Shown piece by piece: positions 43,710 through 57,200 of a stretch of DNA of 64,000 bases (the first letter of the stretch is position 1; the number at the start of each line of letters is the position of its first letter). This DNA comes from Chrysomallon squamiferum (taxonomy: Eukaryota; Animalia; Mollusca), in contig CM022677.1 in the NCBI GenBank assembly GCA_012295275.1, positions 5,394,001 to 5,458,000 on the forward strand, in the 5' to 3' direction. Made by a program: the position numbers and the translations under genes. The notes beneath the pieces were generated by a model. That model ran no database searches. It had not been told where the DNA came from and worked only from the letters and a program-made list of their open reading frames with translations.

Positions 43710-44328
43710 CCACATGTATACAAAGTTAGCTACTAGGATGAACAAGATTTGGTGGAAGTACTCCAAGAAAGTCAGTCTTGGTATGTATAAGGGTGGATAC
43801 ACTGTAGATGATTTTATTTATATTTTAAATTTCTGAAATGCAATGATGTGTTAATGAATTCGATTTAATTGGAAGGGCTGGAAAATCTTGTATATTTCTT
43901 CAGATCACAGTAAAAAAGCATAGGATGGGTCTAAGGTTTGAATATCAATATTTCCGAATGACTTCATATTCTGGTATTAATTAGTGTTATATTATGTCTT
44001 TGTAGGTTGTGTGGCTACACTCGGCACTACGGCAGATATGACTGAACCCGGTCGTCCATTCACCTGATGACACCGAGATCTCATACACCAAGTGTTGCAG
44101 TTCCATGTGCGAAATCACTGGAAAAGTCATCACAGATCTTCACTTAAGTCACAGCTGAGCTCGGACCACATGTGCAGGCCGCCTTATCAATCGAGAACAC
44201 TAAGCGCTGTTTACTCAAGCAACACAGGACTCCTCCAGTACCACAGCATCTCTCTGAGTTCATAGCTACCAGATGAGTGGCAGAAGACCGTTGGCCATTA
44301 TCCAGAGCCATTCCTACTCTACGACAAT
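43710..44328 (+). mobile_element. Mutator-like (FLYWCH + MULE) transposase remnant with one intron (duplicate at ~56640-57257)
   Basis: Exon to 43780 HMYTKLATRMNKIWWKYSKKVSL|G, GT-AG intron 43781-44005, then CVATLGTTADMTEP..HSPDDTEISYTK (FLYWCH-like) and TPPVPQHLSEF/LPDEWQKTVGHYPEPFLLYDN (recalled pre-catalytic MULE motif). Frameshifted and truncated. Confidence 0.6.
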
Positions 44329-46422
44329 TACTTTGCACATTATCGTAACATTGATAATAAAATTTAAATAACCTTCATCCTAACCCTAACCATAACATTC
44401 CTTAAACGTAACCCTAACGAAGGAAATGAACTTAATTCTGATGCTAACACCATTTCTAACTGTGCTCTCAGCTTGAACTTACAGTGGCCTTCAAATGCAT
44501 GGCCACAACGCCTAAATATATCATATCTTATTTTCCAAGCGTTCGATTATATGATTTTTTTATTTTATTTTATTTATTATCATTTTTAATTCTGTCTCTT
44601 GTTCCTTTATTGTTTCGTTCTTTTCATTCTAATTATATTTGTTTTGTTTAATGCTATCATAGTTCATAATTTCTATAATAGTTGTAGCTTTCTTTTACAT
44701 TTTCTTTTTGCATGTTTACTCGTTTATTCCTTTCATTTTCTCATCCGTGTTCCACATCCCGCATTGTAATATTACTCTGTAGGGGAAGTGTACGTATACT
44801 CATCCTGTGACAGAGCCTCTGATTGTTTGAAAGGTGTTTAGCCACAGCTGTGTGATACCTCGATCGACATCATGATTGTTATATTAAAGACAGCGGAAAT
44901 CAGCTGACGCGAAAAAAACAAAACAAAGAATAAATCTTATTTCAGCCAAGTCAATTTAATTTTTTTGCTATTTTTTGTATTTGTGTAGTGGTATATAGAT
45001 GCATATGTAGGATATATTATATATTTCTAGGTTAGGACGCAGTCTCGGCATATGGGGATGGAGGAAATTCGCCTACCGAAAAATTAGATGAGGTAAAACA
45101 AATGTGTTCCTTTCGGTTCTGTTTCTTAGTAATTTGGTTCATAGAAATGGCTAGACTAGTCTCGATAAACCACGATTTTTTGAATATATTTACCTCTGAA
45201 TGTTTTTTTCTTTTACTTCATCTTTTTATTATTATTATTACTTTAAAGAACATTTTTAACTTTAAAGAAAAATGAGATGAGTGAAATATTAAAACAATTT
45301 CAAATATTTCAAGATATATATTCTAATTATTAAAGGTATTATGTGCATTGTCATTTTGTTTGAATTACCTCAAGTTTCAGGCTTTATATAACACTTATAA
45401 TTATTCATCAAAACTAGAAAAAATAAATGCTCTGAAAATTATCTATGAGGAAATTTGTGTTTCCCGTCATGACACTTTTTGCTACGGTATAGTTACCACA
45501 TTCCTTCATAAAACGTGTTAAATGCAAAAGCAAAAATATGATGCTATATAGATGTTGTTGAATAAAACATTCATTCCTTCTTTTTCTCATTAAAAAATAC
45601 TATACTTATTATAAACAATAATAGGTTAAAATGTATATAGTAAATTATTATTACTGTTATTGTTGTGTTATTATTGCTATTTTTACTATTAATATATAGT
45701 ACTACTATTATTACTACTATTACTACTACTACTATTGTTGTTATTAAGGTTATTAATATTATTGATATTAATTTTTATCATCGTCATGATTAAAATTGAT
45801 AAAAATAATTGAAATATCAACAAAAGATAATAAGCAGAAAAAATGTGTTTGTCTGTCAAATGTAGATTGATAAAAAAAAATCATGTTTTTATTAAAATTA
45901 GTAAACTTTATACTTACTACTAATGTTAAATATTTTCAGTAGATCACTTCAGTATCATTGAGGTGCTGCCTAGAAAGGTAACTTACATCAAGGATGAATC
46001 AGCTGTTAGAGAAACCATTCTCATGCATTCTGAGTTGTGAGTTTATTTTATTTTGTGTCTTAGAGACAATTCTTAATTCACAGTAAAACAGTAATAATAA
46101 TCAGTCATTTGCTGTTATGTTAATTTTATTATTATTATTAGTATTAACATTATCATTATAATGCTTTACTTGGTGCCATGGGGATTCCCCTAAGTTGTAA
46201 ATGTGTATCTGTCTCGGGCAGGTACTACCCGAGTTGACTTGCTCTAGTGGTCAGTATGGGATCTATATATGCTATATAATTATAAATACCGTATCACTAG
46301 AACAGAACAAACACAAGCAAGTTTAAAAACTGTATTCACATAACATTGAACATTCACTAGTAAAGCATTATTTTTTTTCAATAACAAGAGTTAGGTTGAA
46401 ATCTATCAGGTCATTTTATTCT

Positions 46423-46551
46423 TCACCCCCCACCAATTTCAGCAATAGCTGGTACTGTAGAATCTATTATAGCTGATGTCGTTAATTCAACAGATGTATC
46501 AAAAGCAAATTCTATTATTTCAGTAGATATAATTCCCAAAGCTGTAAACAT
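46423..46551 (-). pseudogene. Truncated ORF1 of mini-unit C (copy 1)
   Basis: MFTALGIISTEIIEFAFDTSVELTTSAIIDSTVPAIAEI(GGG*) is paralogous to ORF1 of units A and B and runs into the inverted terminal sequence. Confidence 0.75.
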
Positions 46552-47274
46552 CCTAACACATCATCAACAAACAGAAAAATGAAAAATATATACATATAGT
46601 TATATTATATATTATATATCACGTGATATTACGGATATGACGTCATACTCTTCAAAATTAAAAATATGGTGGGGGGGTGAAGAATAAAATGACCTGATAG
46701 ATTTCAACCTAACTCTTGTTAATGTAAAAAAAAACAAAGTTCCTCATGATCTGGCTTTTGGGCTTTTTGGCCATAATGTACTTTTACACTTTTACACTAA
46801 AGCTAGAAAGCCAGCTAATAGTGGAACTTTGTTTTTTTAACAGTAAACAAGAGTTTAGTTGAAATCTATCACGTCTTGATTTTAACACCCACCTTTTTAT
46901 TTTGAAGAGTATGACGTCACATATTAATATTTATTTAATATATTGACGTTATTGTAAATAATAATATGATTATGACGATATGACGTCATTAATTTAATTT
47001 ATTATGTTATTAATATATTGACGTCATTATACCTAATATGTTAATATGACGTCATTATTTTAATATGACAGACGATAAGTAATATTTCGTTATTAATATT
47101 AAATAATAAATAACCACAAACAATTAATAACGTTATATATTTATTGATTTAATGATTACATTTTAACAATTAATAATCATTTTTAATATTATATTTTATT
47201 TATTTAAACATTTATATAAACTTCATAACATTAATAACTTAATTATAGTTTTTAAGTAACGTTTGTATTTCAGT

Positions 47275-47877
47275 TCAATTGTCTGATTTATGCTTGTTAA
47301 AAGATTCAATCTGAGTTTCCAAGATAGTTTGCGTAAACATATCAAGGAAGGGTTGGGTTTCCGGTATGTAATATTTGAATCTTTTTGCTTCAGGATCTTC
47401 CGGTTCTCTTCCCACTGTAATGAAGTGTGGATCAATTTCATCATCTGAATTATCATCACGTTTGCGCTTTAATCCTTGTGATTGAGAACATTTATCTTTT
47501 TGAGATTGCTGTCTTTTAATGAATAGGTCCTGAGATGGATTATATTTCTCGACTTCATCATTGTTATCTTCATCACTTGATATGATAACATAATCTATCT
47601 TATCTGAGGTTGCTCCACTGATCATTGGATCATCATTTAGAATAGGATGTTGTGTTCCCAAAACAGATCGACTATCGTCAAAATTGTCTCGAAAGTAACT
47701 GTTTCTGCCTTCAAACGTATTATCATCAATGTTATTATTGTGTTTGTTAAAAAAATATTCTCGATCGTTCTCTAATGCAATATTAATCTCATCGTCAGTA
47801 GGTTCATATCCAACGGTGAACATCTTGGGATGTATGAGATTATATGCATTGTTAAGAGTTTCGCTCTTTTTGAGATT
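47275..47877 (-). CDS. Unit A downstream ORF (acidic, NLS-like GLKRKR), probably 5'-truncated; function unknown (copy 1)
   Basis: 182-aa track ORF. The frame stays open ~18 codons upstream of the ATG (NLKKSETLNNAYNLIHPK) up to the deletion junction with the capsid-like gene. AATAAA follows on the minus strand. Confidence 0.6.
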   Translation of the reverse strand, partial: NLKKSETLNNAYNLIHPKMFTVGYEPTDDEINIALENDREYFFNKHNNNIDDNTFEGRNSYFRDNFDDSRSVLGTQHPILNDDPMISGATSDKIDYVIISSDEDNNDEVEKYNPSQDLFIKRQQSQKDKCSQSQGLKRKRDDNSDDEIDPHFITVGREPEDPEAKRFKYYIPETQPFLDMFTQTILETQIESFNKHKSDN

Positions 47878-48724
47878 TTGATTTTATATCCGACAAATTC
47901 GTCTGGTAAATTCCAGTCATCTGGCTTAGTACTTGCTTGTTTATACCAATAAGGTATTATATGTCCTCCATGATTAAAGGTTAATTTACATACATTAGGA
48001 TCACCTATAGCTTTTTTCCAATTAGTATTTTCAGTACCATTATCTAATATAGTCATTGTAGCTTTTCTACTCTTATTAAAATTAATAACAACTAGTAAAT
48101 GTTCGTTTAAATGTCTTTTTGATCGTTATATATTTAGGATTAGATCCTTTAGTAGTTCCACCAAATCCTTGATATAATACGTTGTTACCCTGTAGCAGAT
48201 GCCATTGGAGCACCTTCTACTGCTTCACTACCTCCTGTATCGGTGACTTCTTCATTCATTATTGAATCTGGTTCCATGACTGATTCATCCGATTGTAGAT
48301 ATGTTCCTTTATAATTAGATCTTTCTAATACATCTTGAGATATAGTATTAGATAATTGATTATTATTAGGAATTTTAGTACTTGATCCACCTTGTGGTTC
48401 ATCTGTCTGTCTCTTCATGGGTTTACTAGACGACATATTGTTATCTAAAGTGGTTTCCTCTGTATATAAAGGCGAATCGAAATATTCTTCCTCGTTCGAA
48501 TCTTCAAAAACGTTATTATTTTCCCGAATATCTTGTATCGCTTGATAGAAACGTTGAGTTGGTATTTGTAAATTCGGATATTGACGTCGTAACTGTATCC
48601 ACCTATCTTGACGTTGATTAACCGGCACATTTAATTCAGCTAACCTAGAGAATGTCTTAGATTTAGCTATAGCCCAAAGTCTGGTAACTTCTTTCTTGTT
48701 GAGCAGACGTTTACCTCTATTCAT
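47877..48724 (-). pseudogene. Unit A capsid (VP)-like gene, frameshifted and truncated (copy 1)
   Basis: Same as 60805-61651, plus an extra C at ~48189 giving an early stop. Confidence 0.75.
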
Positions 48725-49078
48725 GAAATTGGAATGTTTCTATATACGTAATTGACGTAGTCGTCTTCTTCTTGTTCTAGTTCCTCACGTTCTGATTTAG
48801 ATAATTTATTATCTAAATCTTTACCATCTGAATTAATAAATTCACTAAATTGATTGACAGCTTCTTGTATCTGATTTTTCGTAAATGTAGAAATACCTTC
48901 TATCGATGATTCTACGACAGATTGTCCAATAGCTGTAGCTGGTTCCAAATATATACTGTCAGCTCCCAATATTTCGGTAATAGCAGGTACAGTAGATTCT
49001 ATTATAGCAGATGTAGCTATTTCAACTGAAGCATCAAACGCGTATTCAATAAGCTCAATAACCTAAAGCTGTAAACAT
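48721..49078 (-). pseudogene. Unit A ORF1 (acidic, ~118 codons, 1-nt offset after MFTALG) (copy 1)
   Basis: MFTALG / IELIEYAFDASVEIATSAIIESTVPAITEILGADSIYLEP..YVYRNIPIS*. Its stop overlaps the VP-like ATG (ATGA). Confidence 0.65.
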
Positions 49079-49191
49079 CCCATCACAACGATAGATTGAT
49101 CGTAAATAATCAATAAATTATATATATATATATATATATAATATTTATAACGTATATGACGTCACATATCTTCAAAATAAAAATCAAGACG

Positions 49192-49440
49192 TGATAGATT
49201 TCAACAAACTCTTGTTTACTGTTAAAAAAACAAAGTTCCACTATTAGCTGGCTTTCTAGCTTTTGGCTTTTTGACCATAATGCGCTTTTAACCCGAAGGT
49301 GATAACGTTCCTTCGGGCGAAGCCTGAACCCACGGATCAGATGTTAAAAGTACATTATGGTCAAAAGCCGTAGAAAGCTAAGTTAACAGGTGAACTTTTG
49401 TTTTTAACAGTAAAACAAGAGTTAGGTAGAAATCTATCAG
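49192..49440. repeat. Terminal palindrome, copy 1 (centre 49304-49335 in 'flip' orientation; right arm degenerate)
   Basis: Left arm ends ...aacccgaaggtgat, centre aacgttccttcgggcgaagcctgaacccacgg, right arm has indels. Confidence 0.85.
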
Positions 49441-49583
49441 GTCATGATTTTTCTTTTTGAAGATGTCTATATATGTCACGTGATATTGTCATGTGACATA
49501 TATGAACTATAATAATAGTATTGCGATTAATTATTACTTCAGTCGTCTCACCGTCGTTGTATGTGATAGATGTTCACAGCGTT

Positions 49584-49783
49584 NNNNNNNNNNNNNNNNN
49601 NNNNNNNNNNNNNNNNNNNNNNNNNNNNNNNNNNNNNNNNNNNNNNNNNNNNNNNNNNNNNNNNNNNNNNNNNNNNNNNNNNNNNNNNNNNNNNNNNNNN
49701 NNNNNNNNNNNNNNNNNNNNNNNNNNNNNNNNNNNNNNNNNNNNNNNNNNNNNNNNNNNNNNNNNNNNNNNNNNNNNNNNNNN
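49584..49783. other. Assembly gap (200 N)
   Basis: Run of N. Confidence 1.
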
Positions 49784-50254
49784 ATGGTTCATAGTACAAA
49801 ATCTTAAAGGCATATGTCACTATAATTTAGTATTAGAATTCATTGTTAAAAAAGTGGTGTTTAGTTTTGTCTTAAAATGTTATTGTAATTATATTTCCTA
49901 TTTAACAAACTTCAGTTGGATTAGTAACATCATGCAGAGTGATTTTGACTGCTCAAAATTTATATGAAAATTTCATTGTTTTTGTTCAAGGGACAAATCG
50001 AAAAAACAGTTTTTAGCAAAATAGAATTTTACAATAATTAATTAAGTGTAATAATAACTCAAATAAACAAACAAATAATGGAAATTGGGTCTTTATAAAC
50101 TTTTGGAGTAAATATATGTTACTATTGAAATATTTTGTGATAAATCATTTTAAAGAATTAGCAAAATTCATCTAAATGTAGCAAATCAAATTTAGCTTGA
50201 CACTGCTAAGGGATATAACTTTAACGTGTTTGTAAATATACAAAAAAGACTGAG

Positions 50255-50321
<67 letters not shown>

Positions 50322-50324
50322 GAA

Positions 50325-50362
<38 letters not shown>

Positions 50363-51146
50363 TGATTATGTCAGATTATCTTTTAAATTGATAACAAATA
50401 CAGAAGACGCTGATCAATATATACATAATAAAAATAAAACACACAAAGACTATTCTTTCTTTTATTTTGTTTTAAATTATTTGAATGTGCCTTAACATTT
50501 TAATGTTAAGAAATTGAAACAATTTCAGAAATATTTTCCATTTTCATTATTGTTTTTAGATAAGATGCAATGAGGTTGAATTTGCAAATGTCAGGATTTA
50601 AAACAGTTAAGAACAAATACTATTTTCTTTTTTGAAAAATATTTGTACTGCCACCCATTTATGTAACATAACCTGGTTATATTTTATTAACCAAAAACTC
50701 CAATCATTGCATTCCCCAAAGTAGATATAATAATAAAAGCAAGGACAAAATTAATCACGGTTACAGGATGTTATCTGTGAGAAAGAGTTAATGTGTTTAT
50801 GGTCAGAGAGAACTGTTGTATGTGAAAGACAATGTGTCCTTGTTTATGTATAAATAAATACAAGTTCTAAGTGTTTTGATTGTTTTTTTGTTTTTTTTAA
50901 ATGAACAGAAAAATGATATACAATTAGATATAAAAATATGATTATTAAACTGGATTATTTTAATGATTTATTCTTATATTATTGTCTTGATTTTGAATTG
51001 TTCTTATTAACATTAAATGATATTTGAAAAAACCTGAAATTAATCAGGCTAAAAATAATTTTAGCGCTATTAAAAGCAGTATCATTTTTAAAACATATTT
51101 GCAGTAATTTTTATTTTAAAGAAAATGAAACTGAAATGATGTAATG

Positions 51147-51185
<39 letters not shown>

Positions 51186-51475
51186 GTAATAATAATAAAT
51201 GTTTAAAATTTTACAAGTGTGGGATTTATTATTTGAATTATTATTATTACTTAAGTATTCTAAAATTCCTATTTCGCTTAAAATGTTTTAGTTTTACGAT
51301 TTGCCCCTTGAATAAAAAGAAATATTCATTGTTTATAATAATAATAATAAATCAAATAAACCAAAAAATAATGGAAACTGGTTGATTAGAAAATGAATTT
51401 AATATTGGAATAGTTTGCAATGTTATATCTATTAATGGTCTAAGGGAAACAACTCTATTTAATGGGTTTGTAAAT

Positions 51476-51545
<70 letters not shown>

Positions 51546-52787
51546 TGTGTGTTTTTAGTGTTCATTCTAGTGCTTTGATTGTTTGTTTTCATAAAATCAA
51601 ACAACATGTATATATAAAAAATAATGATTAAATCAGATTATCTTTTGTTGGTTGACAACAAATACCGAAGATGTTATCAATATATACATAATAAAAATAA
51701 AAACACACAAAGACTATTCTTTATTCGTTTATTTTTGTTTTGAATTATTTGAATGTGCCTTAACATTTTTAATGTTAAGAAACTGAAACAACTTAAGCAT
51801 TATTTTCTATTTTGATTATTGTTTTTAGATAAGATGCAATGGGTTTGATTTTGTAAATGTCTCCCATTTACGTAACATAATTTACCTTGGAAACATTAAA
51901 TACCATTTTATACTTCATTTTTTAAAGAGATAATTATTATTTTCTTTCTAATTGAATTAAACAGAAAATACAGATTATAAATAAATTGGAAGACATTTCC
52001 AATTGCACATTTTTGAAATAATTTTTTGAATTTTATGAAAATGTGAAAGGCAAATTATAAAATACTTGGAAACATTCCAATTATGTACATTTTTTTTTGT
52101 TTCTCTTATTTTTTTTTTATCATTTATAAATTATTTTTAGTTTTTTAAAGATTTTTTGTTGAAATAATTCAATTATTCTTTCTAAAGTGGCAATGCAAAT
52201 TATAAAAACTGGTAGAAATGTCTAAACAAAAATAACTGAATATTTAAGTTTTTTTATCTAGACAGGTTTTTAAGTAATTTCAACTTGAAGATCATCATGT
52301 TTCTTCTAATTAAAAATAACAAAGTCATGGTTAATGCAAATAAAATTTTAATTTAGTTAATAGTTAATTTTATTAATAGTCATTGATTTTCCTATGATTT
52401 AAATAATTTAAAGACATTTTTAAAAAAAGATTTCCTGAATTATAAAAAAAAAAAAAAAAATTCTTATTACCCCAACTACACAATCTTCAATTATATTTAT
52501 ATTAGCCCCAGCAAACTCACCTGATTTAAACAAGATAAAGAAAAAACTGGTTGTCACATTAATTTTAGCTTATTTAGAAAAATGGCATTCCATAGCAATG
52601 ATGCATATCCATTCCTCTTCCAGTGAGAAACATTAGAATAACCAAGCACACATCAGTGATAAAAACAGTGCAAGCTGCTATGAAGTACAATGTGTACACT
52701 GGATGTTCTGATCACATTGACAATGCAGTCTCTTGGAGATCACTGAATTTTCAAAATTATTTCCCTTCAGATTTCTCTTTTTTTTTC
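49784..52787 (-). repeat. ~3-kb inverted duplication of 34114-36923
   Basis: The start atggttcatagtacaaaatcttaaaggcatatgtcac is the reverse complement of ~36887-36923. The end ttcccttcagatttctctttttttttc is the reverse complement of 34114-34139. Collinear in between. Confidence 0.93.
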
Positions 52788-53764
52788 TTTGACTGCATCC
52801 ACTGGTTCTGCTGTAGCATTCAAATTGAACTGCCGTTTTGACTTTGGTATCTTCTATTTTTGTTGTTGTAATGTTGCCTCTAAAACCTTTCATTTCTTTG
52901 CCTTTTCTTCCACCTTTTTCTTCTTCTCTGCCAACTCTTCTTCATACCTCTTGACACTTTCTTCTTCTGTCAATGCCTCGGCAGACCTCATCCTCTTGAT
53001 TTTATTTGAAGTTTGACCACGTGCCCGCCACCCACAGATGGACCGTAGACTTTCAACTGTTTCAAAAACCTTAAATAAAACTCAGAATAGACTACATCAA
53101 TGCCAACACTATTGATTGCACCACCAAATATGGGGGCCAAGAAGTGTCTATAATAGTTTCAGTTAAAGAGCACATTAAATCACAAAACCTATAATACTTA
53201 ATTATCACATAATATCTGGTAAAATAAAATAATCCATCTGATTAGAGTAACCCGGAGAGTGAGAGAGAGAGAGTAAGAAAGCCTAAGGGAGATATTTATA
53301 TGTCATAAGTACATACACTTCTGTTGGCCTGTCTGTCTTTCTGTATATAGAAAGGGCTTTCAAATTAATGGCACTGTATTCGAAATCAGAAAACAGTAGC
53401 AATACCCTATGTATCCATCTGTTCATCTATCTTCAGTAACTATCTCTGTATGTAGTATTTCTATTTATCTATCATAAATCTATCTATCTGTCTATATATC
53501 TACCCAATTAATATAATATTAATGTACTAATTAGCCATTCCCTTTGGAAATGTTGCCACACATACACCACGGTGATGTTCAGTACACGTAGGGGATGTTA
53601 GTAATGGTTAGTATTTGTTAAATGTTAGTATTTGTTGACGGTTAGTATTTGGTTAACAGTTAGTTTTTAGTTAATGGCTAATATTTGGTTAGTGGTTAGA
53701 ATTTTGTCAATGGTTTGTTAAATGTTAGTATTTGGTTAATGGTTACTCGCTTTCTCTCTGTCTA

Positions 53765-53859
<95 letters not shown>

Positions 53860-54195
53860 TCCATCTCTCTAACTCGCTCTCTTCTCTCAACACAAAATTA
53901 ACAATTTTACGCTCTAGAAATCATTATATCTGTGAAATTTAAATAACGTGTCGGTATGAAAAGGCTGAAAAACAGTATTTACATGTATTTGAAATCATAA
54001 TAAATAAAATATAGAAATGTTCACGTATTAAAACGGAATTTCGTAACAAATATAAATTCTTGACCTTATTTTTACTCTGAATAGCATGAATGAAAAAATA
54101 TTAAGATTTTAATAAAGAAAGATTTTAAATATGTGAAATAAATTAAGAATGCACAAATAGAGATACTACTACTACCACTACTACAACTACCACTT

Positions 54196-54234
<39 letters not shown>

Positions 54235-57200
54235 ATAATAATAATAATAATAATAATAATAGTAATATATATATATAATGTATATATAAAAAGTCCTGAC
54301 GTATCACCGATAGTGGGAGGAGTTTACTCCGCCAAGTAAAAATTGCATCGATTAGAGTTATTTCCCTTTAGTGATATGTGTTCACAAACATACTTTAGAC
54401 ATATGTCCCTTACATGAGATGTACTCACTAAGCAAACTAAAAATTACATCGATTATAGTTATCTCCCTTTAGTGATATGTGTTCACAAACAGGGATGAGA
54501 GTTATGTCTCTTACGTGAAACATTTAATAATAATTTGTATTATCTAATAAAATCTGTGTCATGTCTCTGACTCCCCCCACACACACGCAGAACATGTGAC
54601 TGTCCTCAGTAACGAACTGCCTCTGTTACCCTGCAGTAGCAACTGAGCCAAAAGTACTTGAACGAAATCTCAAACAGTTTGAGGAGAGTTTTCAGAAACA
54701 GACTTACTTTCCAGAACAACTGCAGAGAGGGGTAGGTTACGAGGATTACGATGCTGATGAGCGTCTTACAGGAGCAGCATTTACATCTTGTGATAATGTC
54801 TCTCATCAGCTGTCATATTCACATCCCGCTCTGTCTCAATACAAGGACAACAAGTAAATGGAAGGAGAGAAGTGATCACTCGATCAACATTCTCACTTAC
54901 GTTTTACAAAACTGATTCTCATTATCGGGGAGATGTTTAGGAAGATGTATTCCTGTGTTTCGGCTATTACAGTGGGGTCTATGCTATATGTCGCTTGTGT
55001 TACATGTAGAGGATCTGTAGTGCTATATCTTTTTAATCCAATATCTGTGGACATTTTTCGCCAGGTCAGCAAATGTGACCAAAGTGATTACTCGTGCAAA
55101 AAAAACAACAGCCACACGTTAATGCTAAAGTGAAGCCAGCTAACATTTCCAACCTTAACGTTATAGAGTTATCGGTTGGTTAACAAAACAGTTTATCACA
55201 GGCGATAACTCTATTAACAAAAGTTTGCTATTGTTTTTCCTTATTAATTCAAGTATTAGTTCGCTAAAGTGAAGCCAACGAACAAATCTAGCGAACTCTT
55301 ACAAAGTCAGGTTGAAGAATTATCGGTTGGTTAACGGAACAAGTTATCATGGGAGATAACTCTGTAACCTTGTATTTGCTATGTTTTTCCTTTTCAATTC
55401 CAGTAGGGTTACTATCCTGTCAGTGACTCTGTTTGTTCAAGGCATTGCCTTGTGCCTAGTATATTACAGACTGTGTTATGTCCTACCCTGTCACTGAGTC
55501 TCTTTCTTCAAAGCAATGCATCGTGTCTAATATATTACAGACTGTGGTATGTACTATCCTGTGACTGAGTATTTTTTGTTCAAGGCAGTGCACTGTATCT
55601 AGTATTACAGACTGTGGTATGTACTACCCTGTCAGTGTCTGTTCAAGGCAGTGCATCGTGTGTACTATATTACAGACTGTGGTATGTACTATCCTGTCAG
55701 TGACTCTGTTTGTTCAAGGCAGTGCATTGTGTCTAGTATATTAGAGAGTCTGGTATGTACTACCCTGTCAGTGAGTCTGTTTGTTCAAGGCAGTGTGTAG
55801 TGCCTAGTATATTATAGACTCTGGTATGTACTACCCTGTCACTGAGTCTGTTTCTTCAAGTCAGTGGAAGGTGTCTACTATATTACAGACTGTGGTATGT
55901 ACTATCCACTCAGTGACTATTTGTTCAAGGCAGTGCCTCGTGCCTAGTATATAACAGGCAGTGGTATGTACTATCGTGTGAGTGAGTATTTTTGTTCAAG
56001 GCAGTGCACTGTATCTAGTATTACAGACTGTGGTATGTACTACCCTGTCAGTGTGTCTGTTCAAGGTAATGCATCGTGTTTAGAAATTATTTTCTTGCCA
56101 AACAATATTTTTCATGCTTCTTAAATACTCATCATAAATATGCAGCTCTTTCTCCCTTTAATTATCATTCCCCAATTGATAATCCATATGTTTCACCATA
56201 AATACTATGACAATCTATATCTCAACATCTCTCTAACATAAGTCAGTTTCCCAAATAAGTTGCCCAATTGAGTTTTAATTTCATTGAGTCCTTGACCTAT
56301 CCAGTGGGTTCTTTAAATGTCTCAGTTATCATTTTCTTGAAGAAGCCATTTAAGAAGCCATTCTCTAATTGAACCATTCAAAGGGTAATCCCTTCTCTTT
56401 ATGTCCTCAGACTTATCCCTTTATCTTAACTACAGATCTATCCCTTTATCTTATCTTCAGATTTATCCCCTTATCTTATCTTCAGATCTATCCCTGTATA
56501 TGGCTTCCCAGATGGCTTCCCCCACTTAACCCATGCTATGAATATAAAAGCTCTGAGGGAGCACCATTCCTGAGACTCATTAGTGCCATCGTTAGAATAC
56601 ACATCACAAACATATCAATAAAATTACGATGAAGTCATGCCACATGTATACAAAGTTAGCTACTAGGATGAACAAGATTTGGTGGAAGTACTCCAAGAAA
56701 GTCAGTCTTGGTATGTATAAGGGTGGATACACTGTAGATGATTTTATTTATATTTTAAATTTCTGAAATGCAATGATGTGTTAATGAATTCGATTTAATT
56801 GGAAGGGCTGGAAAATCTTGTATATTTCTTCAGATCACAGTAAAAAAGCATAGGATGGGTCTAAGGTTTGAATATCAATATTTCCGAATGACTTCATATT
56901 CTGGTATTAATTAATGTTATATTATGTCTTTGTAGGTTGTGTGCTACACTCGGCACTACGGCAGATATGACTGAACCCGGTCGTCCATTCACCTGATGAC
57001 ACCGAGATCTCATACACCAAGTGTTGCAGTTCCATGTGCGAAATCACTGGAAAAGTCATCACAGATCTTCACTTAAGTCACAGCTGAGCTCGGACCACAT
57101 GTGCAGGCCGCCTTATCAATCGAGAACACTAAGCGCTGTTTACTCAAGCAACACAGGACTCCTCCAGTACCACAGCATCTCTCTGAGTTCATAGCTACCA

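Larger units (their letters stand above)
39878..49583 (+). repeat. ~9.7-kb direct segmental duplication, copy 1 (copy 2 = 52784-62515)
   Basis: Near-identical collinear sequence at an offset of ~12.9 kb, with scattered SNPs and indels that are denser in the first ~1 kb. Copy 1 ends at the gap. Confidence 0.95.
46371..49583. mobile_element. Endogenous parvovirus/densovirus-like element, copy 1 (mini-unit C + unit A + hairpin + start of unit B, cut by the gap)
   Basis: Shared inverted terminal sequences at 46371-46435, 46667-46795, 46799-46883 and 49182-49450. Compact intronless ORFs with a capsid-like product, and an imperfect central palindrome. Confidence 0.8.

Noticed and set aside
44375-44420. 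taaccctaacc resembling telomeric repeat
   Set aside because: Only 2-3 imperfect units next to a Mutator-like remnant; not a telomeric array.
47275-47823. 182-aa ORF as NS1/Rep
   Set aside because: No HUH motif or SF3 Walker A/B/C motifs are visible.
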